Shown here: piece after piece, positions 11,375 through 22,871 of the stretch | Position numbering within the stretch: the first letter of the stretch is position 1 | Layout of the letters: each line of letters opens with the position of its first letter | NCBI RefSeq assembly: GCF_001194135.2 | Contig: NC_068983.1 | Location: 34,052,752-34,101,055, forward strand | Direction of reading: 5' to 3' | DNA: 48,304 nt | Source: Octopus bimaculoides | Taxonomy: Eukaryota | Translations under genes and position numbers: made by a program | The notes under the pieces: generated by a model | Told to the model about the DNA's origin: nothing | The model's database searches: none | The model's input: only the letters and a program-made list of their open reading frames with translations

Positions 11375-11878
11375 TTGCGAAGTGTTGTATTACTCTTGAA
11401 TACTGTCCTGGTGTCATATGGGCTGCATATCATTTGAATCTTTTCGGAGAGGCCTTTCACATTGGGTAGACAGACTGTAGACAGTTTATTGGTTGCATTC
11501 TCTCAATTATGAAGAAAAGAGAGGATGCAACCCATAAACTGTCTACAGTCTGTCTACCCAATGTGAAAGGCCGGTCCGAAAAGATACATAAGATATGCGG
11601 TCCATATGACATCAGGACAGTCTTCAAGAGTAATACAACACTTCGCAAATATCTCTTTCGGGTAAAACCACCAATAGAAGAGAATATGACCAAAAACTGC
11701 GTGTATTCCATCCCATACATCTCTGGTAGGTTTACAAAGGCGAAACATGTCGACCCTCAAAATAAGGGTCGAGGAAGATCGCAAAGCTGTGACACGAGGA
11801 GATATTGATAAATCGGGTATAGCTGACCATGTATGGAAAAATGGAGACCACCTCCCCCTGTGAGATGAAGTCCATAAT
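11375..11878 (+). mobile_element. Penelope-like element fragment (GIY-YIG) with an inverted 5' duplication
   Basis: Translation RTVFKSNTTLRKYL...KNCVYSIP...YKGETCRPL..R (frameshifted)...KSGIADHVW. 11375-11504 is an inverted copy of 11519-11648. Confidence 0.85.
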
Positions 11879-11880
11879 TG

Positions 11881-11910
11881 CCCACGGGCATATGGCGTAG
11901 TGGTTAAGAG

Positions 11911-11952
<42 letters not shown>

Positions 11953-12903
11953 AAGAAGAAGAAGAAGAAGAAATCCAAACTGAAACTAGAACAGCAACGG
12001 GCCACGATGAAACGATGGCAAGAAAAGCCCCTTCATGGCAAATACTGGGCTAAACTAAATGCAAAAGAAATAGACAGAAAAATCCCAGCAATGGTTGAGA
12101 AGCTCAGGACTCTAAGCAGAGACTGGAGGATTTTTAATTGCAGCACAAGACCAAAGCCTTCCCTCCAGAAATTACCAAAAACATATAATAAAAAGAAACA
12201 TAACAAGTAACTGCAGAATATGTGGCGATGGACAAGAAACAATAAATCATATTATCTCTGGCTGCCCAGTCCTGGCTAAGAAGGAATATATTCACTATAT
12301 TCACAGACACGACAGAGCTGGGACCTACATACACTAGAAGCTATTCCAACACTATGGAATAACAACAGAAAAAAAGATGGTATAGGCATACGCCAAAAAA
12401 GGTCACAGAAAACGAGAAAGCAACCATACTCTGGGATATGCCAATACACACAGATAGAGAATTTAAGGCCAATAGGCCAGATATAGATGTCAGAGATCAT
12501 GAAGAAAGAAAATGTTTTCTAATTGATGTATCAATACCAGCAGATCACAACGTTTCTCTAAAAGAAATGGAGAAACTTTCAAAATACAAAGACCTGGAAA
12601 TAGAGGTAACTCGAATGTGGAATCTAAAAACAGAGACAATTCCTATCATAGTAGGCCTATTAGGTATGATAAAAAAATATTCAGACAAATACATAACAAA
12701 AACACCAGGACTTACAAATATATATATACAATACAGAAAATTTCACTACTGGGCACTGCGCATATCCTACGCAAAACAATTTCAATACAGTAACCATAGG
12801 AGCATCACAGCAAACCACAACACATACCCAAGGCACACAGAGCTGCGCTCGGTAGTGAAGTGAAAGCACGCTATAAAAATAAAATCACTTATTAATAATA
12901 ATA

Positions 12904-12995
<92 letters not shown>

Positions 12996-13125
12996 CAACA
13001 ACAACAACAACAACAGCAACAATACCGAAAAATACCTTAAGAATGAGAAACCTGGTACGAAATTTCCCTAAGAAACAAACTAGTTGAGGGCAAATATACC
13101 TCAAATGTAAATAATGTAAATAATC
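11881..13125 (+). mobile_element. SINE family D copy 2 (internally deleted), split by an RLE LINE inserted in its AAT tract
   Basis: Head cccacgggcatatggcgtagtggttaagagc (11881-11911) and tail ataccgaaaaataccttaagaatgagaaacctgg...tcaaatgtaaataatgta (13020-13120) match 4720-4976. The hammerhead segment is absent. Confidence 0.75.
11972..12890 (+). mobile_element. 5'-truncated R4/Dong-like LINE (CCHC finger + restriction-like endonuclease)
   Basis: PLHGKY, CRICGDGQETINHIISGC (12212-12265), KANRPDI...FLIDVSIP...EKLSKYKDLEIEVTRMW...IPIIVGLLG; flanked by (AAT)n on both sides. Confidence 0.85.
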
Positions 13126-13740
13126 AACAATAAATGAGATCAAATACTATTCTGCTGTCGGGCCTGATAGATTTCCCGCTAGTCTCCTGAAAGAATGTAG
13201 ACACCAACTTGCAGTCCCACTGACCAAGATCTGGAGAAATTCTTTAGACTCAGGTTATATACCGAAACAGCTCTTATCCCAGTCTATCATTCCGGTTTTC
13301 AAGCAGGGAAGCAGATTTCTCACAGTCAAATACCACCAAATCTCATTCACCTCCCATATCATTTTGAAAGGGTGGTAAGATAAAGGACAGCTGGCTTCCT
13401 ACAGAGCCACAAACTCATAAATTCAAACCAGCATAGCTTTCGCTGCAGCGGGGGCTGTTTAACACAGCTTTTACACCACACGATGGTATACTTAAAGCCT
13501 TGGGAACAGGTTAGGACTCTGATGTCATATATATTGACTTCGGTAAAACGTTCGACCGAGTTGACCATAATATCCTACTGTCAAAAGTAACAAATGTTGG
13601 AATCCGTGGAAAACCTCTACACTGGATTATGCATTTCCTGAAGAACAGAGCACATGTTGTGATCAGTGGAATCCACTCAGGCCCAGCAAAAGTCACCAGT
13701 GGTGTGCATCAGGGGACTGTTTTGGACCCGCTTCTCTTTA
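13125..13740 (+). mobile_element. CR1-type LINE, RT N-terminal part (piece 2 of 3)
   Basis: SAVGPDRFPASLLKEC, SIIPVFKQG, IYIDFGKTFDRVDH, GVHQGTVLDPLLF. Confidence 0.9.
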
Positions 13741-13766
13741 TCTATATATATAAAAATGAGAATGTG

Positions 13767-13801
<35 letters not shown>

Positions 13802-15279
13802 GTGAATCCCTAAAACTCGAGAACTACACAACCAATTTCATTCAAATTTTACACATGCCTTACTTAGGGTTCCAGTTGTGTTTTAGTAAAAAAAAATTTA
13901 ACTTCTTGCAGAGTTCGAGCCCACGGCAACATAATATCTCCTCCACTATTTAAGTATTACGTGTCAAAAGTGAAACAAAAACACTCATATCAAATACTTT
14001 CACTTTAAAAATGAAACTATTCTACTAACTGAAACAATCACATTTCGATACTGTAATGACAGATACTTTCAGAGAGAGAGANNNNNNNNNNNNNNNNNNN
14101 NNNNNNNNNNNNNNNNNNNNNNNNNNNNNNNNNNNNNNNNNNNNNNNNNNNNNNNNNNNNNNNNNNNNNNNNNNNNNNNNNNNNNNNNNNNNNNNNNNNN
14201 NNNNNNNNNNNNNNNNNNNNNNNNNNNNNNNNNNNNNNNNNNNNNNNNNNNNNNNNNNNNNNNNNNNNNNNNNNNNNNNNNNNNNNNNNNNNNNNNNNNN
14301 NNNNNNNNNNNNNNNNNNNNNNNNNNNNNNNNNNNNNNNNNNNNNNNNNNNNNNNNNNNNNNNNNNNNNNNNNNNNNNNNNNNNNNNNNNNNNNNNNNNN
14401 NNNNNNNNNNNNNNNNNNNNNNNNNNNNNNNNNNNNNNNNNNNNNNNNNNNNNNNNNNNNNNNNNNNNNNNNNNNNNNNNNNNNNNNNNNNNNNNNNNNN
14501 NNNNNNNNNNNNNNNNNNNNNNNNNNNNNNNNNNNNNNNNNNNNNNNNNNNNNNNNNNNNNNNNNNNNNNNNNNNNNNNNNNNNNNNNNNNNNNNNNNNN
14601 NNNNNNNNNNNNNNNNNNNNNNNNNNNNNNNNNNNNNNNNNNNNNNNNNNNNNNNNNNNNNNNNNNNNNNNNNNNNNNNNNNNNNNNNNNNNNNNNNNNN
14701 NNNNNNNNNNNNNNNNNNNNNNNNNNNNNNNNNNNNNNNNNNNNNNNNNNNNNNNNNNNNNNNNNNNNNNNNNNNNNNNNNNNNNNNNNNNNNNNNNNNN
14801 NNNNNNNNNNNNNNNNNNNNNNNNNNNNNNNNNNNNNNNNNNNNNNNNNNNNNNNNNNNNNNNNNNNNNNNNNNNNNNNNNNNNNNNNNNNNNNNNNNNN
14901 NNNNNNNNNNNNNNNNNNNNNNNNNNNNNNNNNNNNNNNNNNNNCATAAATTGTCAAGTAAATGAGACGCATCTTTGCCTCCACTGATTCACTTGCAAAG
15001 TGTTGAGTAAAATTATTTCGTTGCAGTCCTCCTTTGAGTCTTTTTATTATCACTGCGACACACATAGTCCCCAGTTGATAACATTGATTTCAAGGCCCTC
15101 CTAGATGAGAGACTGGCATTCCACTTAATGTCTATGTGCCCTGCTAGCATGGATTGGAGAGTTATTAAGGTAGAAATATGGTATCGTAGCTACTAACAGT
15201 TGAGGGTTGCGTAGTCGAGACGGCGCTTTTAGATTTCATTATTCTCTTTAACCCGGGCAAAGCCGGGTATTTCTGCTAG
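13741..15279 (+). mobile_element. Non-autonomous Helitron
   Basis: 5' TC (tctatatatataaaa), internal (GTCT)n, 3' hairpin acccgg-gcaaag-ccgggt (15251-15268), terminal CTAG (15276-15279), inserted between A and T with no TSD. It contains an N-gap at 14082-14944. Confidence 0.88.
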
Positions 15280-16285
15280 TAATCTATATAAACGACCCTT
15301 CCAGCGTCATAAAGCACAGCAAAGTGAAAATATTCGCTGATGACTCTAAGCTCCAGAAAATTGTCAATGAAGAAGACCGATCACAACTCCAGTCTGATCT
15401 ACATGCTGTGAGTCAATGGACAGATAAAATCAAAATGTAGCTAAATGAGGGAAAATTTGAGCTGATGCATTTTGGGAAAAAGGCTATACTAAAACAACTA
15501 TTCTCTTTTCCTCCAGGGAAACTTCTCACAGTATCTAATAATATCAGAGACCTAGGAGTAATTGTTGATAACAATCTCAACTGGAGTCCCCGCATTAACA
15601 ATAAGGTCGATATAGCTAATAGGATGAGCTCCTGGATCCTAAGAACCTTCCGGTCCAAAGAACAAAGTGTCATCATTCCACTGTTCTCCTCCTTTGTACG
15701 GCCACACCTCGAATACTGCTGCCCCCTGAGGTCTACCTTCGAAACAAAACATCTCGAAAATTGAATCACTCCAGAGGTCATTCACTAAAATAATTAAGGT
15801 CATGACTTATCTCGATTACTGGGACCGCCTTAAAGCATTGAAACTCTATTCTCTCCAGCGCCGCCGTGAGCGACACATCATTTGCACGATGTGGAGAATA
15901 TCCTACCAGCATTGCTCAAACGACCTCAACATTAGCTTCAAAATTCATCCAAGCTACGGCCACGGGCAATAGTCCCCTACCCAATTCAGGATCACAGCAC
16001 ATAAATACACTGTGACGCAATTTCTTTTCCTCAACAGACTCTACCTTATTTAACATTGTCTCGAAACAGATCAAAGAGGAAAAGGATCCCATCATCTTTA
16101 AACGGAATCTGGACAAATTTCTTCAAGGAATACCAGATAAGCGACCTATACCTGGATACAACTCACTCAACAAGAACTCCCTACTCGAAAAGACCATGAT
16201 ACCACAAAACCTGACTTGAAAAGGATTTTGATAATCATATCAAGGGTGCCATTAAGTTAGACGTGGCCTGGACCAAACTTAAGTT
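15280..16285 (+). mobile_element. CR1-type LINE, RT C-terminal part and 3' UTR (piece 3 of 3)
   Basis: IYIND...KIFADDSKL, RDLGVIVDNNLNW, FVRPHLEYC, RLKALKLYSLQRRRER; the 3' end is shared with copies at 27200-27470 and 47310-47590. Confidence 0.9.
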
Positions 16286-16509
16286 TATANNNNNNNNNNN
16301 NNNNNNNNNNNNNNNNNNNNNNNNNNNNNNNNNNNNNNNNNNNNNNNNNNNNNNNNNNNNNNNNNNNNNNNNNNNNNNNNNNNNNNNNNNNNNNNNNNNN
16401 NNNNNNNNNNNNNNNNNNNNNNNNNNNNNNNNNNNNNNNNNNNNNNNNNNNNNNNNNNNNNNNNNNNNNNNNNNNNNNNNNNNNNNNNNNNNNNNNNNNN
16501 NNNNNNNNN

Positions 16510-16574
<65 letters not shown>

Positions 16575-16586
<12 letters not shown>

Positions 16587-16650
16587 AACACACGACCAAC
16601 TTCTTTCAGTTTCCGTCTATCAAATCCCACAAGTCTTTATGCACGAAATA
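16575..16650 (-). mobile_element. SINE family B fragment next to a CA/TA tract
   Basis: cttctttcagtttccgtctatcaaatcccacaagtcttt matches family B. Confidence 0.6.
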
Positions 16651-16988
16651 CATATATACGTAGGTTCAATTTTATGGTAGGTACGGAGCGTAGATAACTT
16701 GTTTTTGTTGTTGTTGTTGTTGTTGTTTTCTTCTTTTTTTCACTTCATAGTGAATTCGTTGTTCGGAATCAGGCCATCTCTAGCCGTGACCATCCTTTAT
16801 TTTACATCTTTTAAGCTGCCGATACATTCAGAACTAAAATACCAGTTTCAATTCTTCACTTTTTATTTCTGTTTTTTCGTTTAATGAATCAGTCAGGTGT
16901 GGCTGCTATTTCTTGGAAGGCTGATCAATGCACAAATCATGTTCGATGTCAGGTTTGTTTGCTGCAGTACGTTTATAGCTACTACTAC

Positions 16989-17029
<41 letters not shown>

Positions 17030-17619
17030 CAAACTTCGTCAGGTTGTTTGCTGCGGCTGGTGCATTTCTTGTTTCTTCATCTGTCACTCTCCTTGTTGCT
17101 GTTACTACTGCGCTTGGAAATACTGCAACTGCATGTATTGGGATTGCTGCAGTTATCATCAGTAACTTCCTTGTTGTTTATGATGCACCTTTGTTTATTT
17201 TTGCATGATTTTTTGTCTTGTCTTGTTTTTTTTTATCTTTTTATTTTTGTGACGTGGTGGTGGTGGTGAGGGGGGGCGGGCTTACAAGAATCGTCACTAC
17301 TTTTGCCGTTGCTATGGTAGCACTATTCGAAGTTACTTTATTGGTCGGCACCTTACTTCTTGTTACACTACGCTTTGTTTATACCGCAGTTGTCGGTGTT
17401 TTTGTCAATAATGATGCAAATTCTAGTGTTGCCAAACTTGTCGATGCAGATGTTGCAGTTGCTACAGATGTCAGTATTGTTTCTAGTTTACTTCTGCACT
17501 TCTTGTTGTCGGTTCGGTTTTCACCTGTTGCTATCCTTCTTTCTGTTGCTGCGATGCACCTTTTGCCGTTGTTTCAGTTATCGCTGATTGTGATATTGCC
17601 ATTACTATTGCACATCTAG

Positions 17620-18080
17620 CTATTACTGCAGCTACTGGTGCATTGGTTATTATTACTGCACTTTTTGGTGTCGCAGTCGTCCTGTTGTTGCTGCACTCTA
17701 TGGTGTTACAACACTTTACTGTCTCTTTTGTTGTTATTGCGCTCTTTGGGCTTTCTGGACTTGTTGGTGCCTTTGTTACTGGTGCTGCATTTTTGGTGTT
17801 ACTGCACTTATCAGTATCTCTATTGTTGCTATTGATATAATTTTAGGTGTTACTGCAGTTGTTGGTGTTTTTGTTGCTATTGTTGCACTTTTTGTTCTTA
17901 CTGCAGTTGACATTTTTTGTTGTAGCTGCACATTTTTGGAGTTAGTACAGTTAACTATTTTGGTGTTTCACTTTTCGGTCTTACTGCAGTTGTAATTTTT
18001 GTTGTAGTTCGTGCTGCACAATTTGGCGTTAGTAGATTAACCTGTCTTTCAAGTTGCACCTTTTGGTGTTACTGCAGTTG
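17620..18080. repeat. Degenerate minisatellite / cryptically simple DNA (core ttactgcagttg, gcactttttggtg)
   Basis: The core recurs at about 17850, 17898, 17980 and 18069 with irregular spacing. Confidence 0.5.
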
Positions 18081-18479
18081 AGCCCATTATTACTAATATC
18101 ACTACCGCCACTATTACTACTACTACTACTACTACTGCAGCTGCTGCTGCGGCTAATACTATTACTACTACTAGTGCTTCTTCNNNNNNNNNNNNNNNNN
18201 NNNNNNNNNNNNNNNNNNNNNNNNNNNNNNNNNNNNNNNNNNNNNNNNNNNNNNNNNNNNNNNNNNNNNNNNNNNNNNNNNNNNNNNNNNNNNNNNNNNN
18301 NNNNNNNNNNNNNNNNNNNNNNNNNNNNNNNNNNNNNNNNNNNNNNNNNNNNNNNNNNNNNNNNNNNNNNNNNNNNNNNNNNNNNNNNNNNNNNNNNNNN
18401 NNNNNNNNNNNNNNNNNNNNNNNNNNNNNNNNNNNNNNNNNTCTTCCTCTTCTCCTTCCTCTTCTTCTCCTCCTCCTCC

Positions 18480-18599
18480 TCCTCCTCCTACTACTACTAC
18501 TACTACTACTACTACTATTACCATTACTGTTGCTGCTGTTACTACCGCTGCCGCTGCTGTTGCCACCGCCACCGATGCTGCTGGTGTTACTGCTGCTAT

Positions 18600-18672
<73 letters not shown>

Positions 18673-18720
18673 ACTACTACTACTACTACTACTAGTACTA
18701 CTACTGCTACTACTATCTGT
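18480..18720. repeat. (CTA)n/(CTG)n compound microsatellite
   Basis: Direct tandem repeats. Confidence 0.9.
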
Positions 18721-19107
18721 TGCAGTTGCTTCAAACTCTAGTCAGCTGGGATGAAGCCGCATAGAAAAAATCCAGCCGTGCCCACTCCGTCCCCTTTTCT
18801 CTTCTCAGTCATTGATTCCAAATATTTCGGACGAAACTATTCAAAGTAACCTTGATGTGAAGATTTCGTGGCTATTTCTAACAAATGCGTTGACCACGTA
18901 TGAGACAGCCCTTCATACGTTCACTTGAGGCTTGTGTTGATAATGATGGTGGTGGTGGTGCTCATGAAAGTAGTGTTGGTTGGGGTAGTACTGGTTGTTA
19001 GGATAGTGGTTTCGGTGGTAGCAAAGGCAGTGCTTTGTGTTAGCGCTAGTGATAGTGTTGGTTGGGATGGTAGTGGACGCTTTGGTATCGGTAGCTGTGG
19101 CGATGGT

Positions 19108-19108
19108 T

Positions 19109-19169
<61 letters not shown>

Positions 19170-19211
19170 CAGTAGCAGTAGTAGTAGTAGTAGTAGTAGT
19201 AGCAGCAGTAA

Positions 19212-19253
<42 letters not shown>

Positions 19254-19311
19254 CAGTAGTAGTAGTAGTAGTAGTAGTAGTAGCAGTAGTAGTAGTAGTA
19301 GTAGTAGTAGC

Positions 19312-19359
<48 letters not shown>

Positions 19360-19362
19360 TAT
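19108..19362. repeat. Long (AGT)n/(AGC)n microsatellite
   Basis: About 250 bp of near-perfect agt repeats; source of the poly-Ser and poly-Val ORFs. Confidence 0.95.
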
Positions 19363-19766
19363 TGTTGTTATAGTAATTGTAGCTCTTCTTTATCTTGCTT
19401 CTGTGTCTCCTTCATACTTGCTCTGTATTTTTGCTTTTTATCTAATTTTATAATATATAAATGTATATATATCTATCTATCTCTAAATATAATATTTTAT
19501 ATATACATTTATATATATATATACATTTACACACGCACACACACTCATATCTATCTATCTATCTATCTATTCCTACGATCCCTTTTGATCGACACCACCA
19601 ATTTTTTTTTTTTTTTTTTTTTTTTNNNNNNNNNNNNNNNNNNNNNNNNNNNNNNNNNNNNNNNNNNNNNNNNNNNNNNNNNNNNNNNNNNNNNNNNNNN
19701 NNNNNNNNNNNNNNNNNNNNNNNNNNNNNNNNNNNNNNNNNNNNNNNNNNNNNNNNNNNNNNNNNN

Positions 19767-19826
<60 letters not shown>

Positions 19827-19909
19827 ATTATATATATATGATATTATTTATATTATGTATATATATATATATATCTCTGTGTGTGTGTGCATATAATTAT
19901 ATATATATG

Positions 19910-19941
<32 letters not shown>

Positions 19942-20214
19942 AATAATACAAAATGTGACAAGGACGCAAAACATCCAAACAGTTAGGTGATACACGAAAG
20001 GGACAAAACATGCAGACAGACGATACAAAGAAAACACGGACAGGTCATTCGGAGTTTTCTCTCTTCAGTCGAGATCCAGATTATCCTTGCAATTTCAGCT
20101 GGTTATATTAATGTATATAGGTGCTCGTATTATCCGCTAGTATATGTATGTATGTATGCATACACACACAGATGCATGTACACACATAGGACAGATATTG
20201 ATGTTTGAGACAGA

Positions 20215-20520
20215 CAAGAAGCAGTATGTACCGTCAAAGAGATCAGTTGTCTTGCTGATGTGAATATCTATTTGAAAATGAAAGAGAACCAGGCGAAATA
20301 TGGTCAACTGCTTCGAAACCTCCAGCTTCTATATTCCGATTATAAATTCATACCAATAACAATTGGTGCACTTAGCTTTGGGAGTAAGTGTATAAGTTGC
20401 AATCTGGATAGGCTAGGGTTTTTAGAAAAAGAATTCAACCGACTGACACGCACATTACAAACACTATGTACAAGTTGAACAGTAAAAATATTCAAGACAT
20501 TTCTCAGCATTAAATTATGA
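20215..20520 (+). mobile_element. RLE-type LINE 3' fragment (restriction-like endonuclease C-terminus)
   Basis: TVKEISCLADVNI...KYGQLLRNLQLLY...IPITIGAL...VKIFKTFL resembles the RLE C-terminal region; a different family from 11972-12890. Confidence 0.65.
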
Positions 20521-20626
20521 CATTGTACTTAGTTTTTGTATTTGGTTTACAAGATTCTTGATGTGAATTCATGTGTTGATACAAATCTTGTATCTTGTGA
20601 AGGTCATTACGCCAATAATAATATTG

Positions 20627-20996
20627 TTGTTGTTGGCACTCCATCGCTTACGATGTCGAGGGTTCCAGTTGATCCGATCAACGGAACAGCCTGCTCGTGA
20701 AATTAACGTGCAAGTGGCTGAGCACTCCACAGACACGTGTACCCTTAAAGTAGTTCTCGGGGATATTCAGCGTGACACAGTGTGACAAGGCTGACTCTTT
20801 GAATTACAGGCACAACAGAAACAGGAAGTAAGAATGAAAGAGTACAGCAGGGTTCGTTACCATCCCCTGCCGGAGCCGCGTAGAGCTTTAAGTGTTTTCG
20901 CTCAATAAACACTCACAACGCCCGGTCTAGAATTCGAAACCGCGATCCTATGACCGCGAGTCTGCTGCCCTAACCACTGGGCCATTGCGCCTCCAC
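20627..20996 (-). mobile_element. tRNA-derived SINE family C (head type 2 + tail X), well preserved
   Basis: A box tggcccagtgg (20974-20984) and B box gtttcgaattc (20930-20940) on minus; tail shared with 31341-31658 and 38711-39009; (CAA)n 3' end. Confidence 0.9.
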
Positions 20997-22218
20997 GGTT
21001 AAATATCTAACCAACCGACTAATCGATCGTTCATTTAATGTGTTGGTTAAACAATCAATCGGTTGTTTCTTTGCCAAAGTCATTCTGTCGCAATTCATCA
21101 GTGACAAGCCGCCTCTCTTCAAATTCCGCCTTGAGTGTGTTTGAGAATTTGTCTTATGTCTGTGTGTATGTATGCTTGTATGAATAAAGATGCGTGGTTG
21201 CTTACAAAAGAACTGAAGTGTGAGAGTAAACGAAGAGTATATATTTGTGTATGTGTGCTTATCTGTGCGGTTACGTGTGTCTGCCTATGTCCGTGTTTGT
21301 GTGTTTGTGAGTGTGTGTGCATTTGCTATAATGTCTTCTTTAAGGGGTCGGCCTTTTATTCAAGTTCAGTTCGGTCCCAGATCTGCAGGGATTTGTTTCA
21401 TTTATGGCCATACTACTTTATGTAGGGCGGAAGGAGGTGAGAACAGAGTGTATGTGTGTGTGTGTGTGTGAGTATCTGACTGCGTGTGCGCACGTTTGAG
21501 TGTGTGGTCTAAAGTGCAAGTTTGTGCAGTAGAGTCGGTTGTGTGAGTCAGTGGTTATGTTGTATGTGTGTTTGTGTTAATTTGTGAGTGTTTTCATATA
21601 TATATGTGTGCAGTCCATTACATGTGTGTGCACATGTGCGTATGCGTGAGGCGTTCCCATTTGTTTTAACGTGTAAGCGTCAGTGAGTATGCCTGCATAT
21701 GTGGGTTTTACGTGAGCGTGAATGTCTTCCAGCGTACGTATATTTGTGAGCGTATGTGTGCGCGAACGCTTGTGCATGTCTGTATGTCTGTATGTTTAAT
21801 GTATGCGCGTGGACATCAGTGTGTGGTTGTGTGTTCTTGTGTTATAGTGTGTGTATTTGTATTTGTGTGTGCTTTGTTAGAAACTAGCTCCTTGTTTAGA
21901 GACAGGATTTAAATAAATAAAAACAGTGTCTAGGGTGTTGCACACATGATCGAGAGATCGTGGTCTCAGTTCATCTACCGGGTGGTAAATTGTGCTATCG
22001 TGTCATGTTTCCCTGAAATTACAGTGCACCTGTTCAGGAAACGTCTTTATAATGAATGGATGCTGCGAGCTAATGTACGGCACAAGCATTTGATCATGAG
22101 AAACAAATTATTCGTGCAGGTAGGTCGTTCGGTAAAAGCTGAACGCTTGTACATCATCTTGGATTCCTTATATATATATATATTTTGAAGAAAAGCAACA
22201 AAAATTCAATAGATTATA

Positions 22219-22306
22219 GCAGTACGTACGTTTCGTACAAGCTCCATTTATTCATGTAGTGAGAACATTACATAAAATGTACAGTGAAAATGTACTCCTC
22301 AACTGC
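22219..22306 (-). ncRNA. Mirror hammerhead copy with C3U core change (UUGAGGA)
   Basis: The minus strand reads gcag-UUGAGGA-gtac...gtac-GAAAC-gtac-GUA-ctgc. Confidence 0.55.
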
Positions 22307-22783
22307 ATAATGGAATTTCATTTTAGAAAGTCATTTTGTAGATGTGTGCAAAAACTATGCTGCTGTTCAACAGTCTAGTGAATCAAACAAGAATTTAAAT
22401 TCTATATAATCTAATCTAAACTTAGTACTTTAGTGTTTCGTTGTATTATTCTAAATATACTGCAGAATAGGTATGTCTTTAATACCTTGACCATAATTCC
22501 CTTACCTTAAATTTTCTCTAACCAATCCTTAGGGTATTGTCCTTCCATTTTTTCCCCTCATGCTTGATTTACTCCTAATCTGCTGTCCATCACTACTTAA
22601 TCTACCTTCCTCTAAATTTTGAAATTACTACTACCCCTCCAATTAGATTATATAGAATTTAAATTCTTGTTTGATTCACTAGACTGTTGAACAGCAGCAT
22701 AGTCAAGACGGCATGTTTTCTTCTCTTACTCTTGTTTTTTGCAGACATCTACAAAATTACTTTCTAAAATGAAATTTCATTAG

Positions 22784-22871
22784 GCAGCTGAGGAGTACGT
22801 TTTCATTGTACATTTTATGTAGTGTTCTCACTACATGAATAAATGGACCTTGTACGAAACGTACGTACTGC
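22784..22871 (+). ncRNA. Type I hammerhead ribozyme with extended stem II, predicted cleavage after GUA (22867)
   Basis: GCAG-CUGAGGA(22788-94)-GUAC...GUAC-GAAA(22856-59)-C-GUAC-G-UA-CUGC; stem I GCAG/CUGC; stem III ACGUACGU is self-complementary. Confidence 0.72.

Noticed and set aside
18809-18845. 37-nt possible microexon (ttttctcttctcAG ... AA|gtaacc)
   Set aside because: Splice-like motifs of this strength are common in pyrimidine-rich DNA; no partner exons or homology were found.
16893-19821. Poly-S/V/L/T/Y ORFs, including the 298-aa ORF at 18925-19821
   Set aside because: They translate trinucleotide microsatellites in several frames and on both strands; there is no domain content or splice support.
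20900-20996. tRNA-like sequence with A and B boxes (also at 4895-4976)
   Set aside because: No complete cloverleaf or acceptor stem, and it is fused to repeat bodies; these are SINE heads, not tRNA genes.
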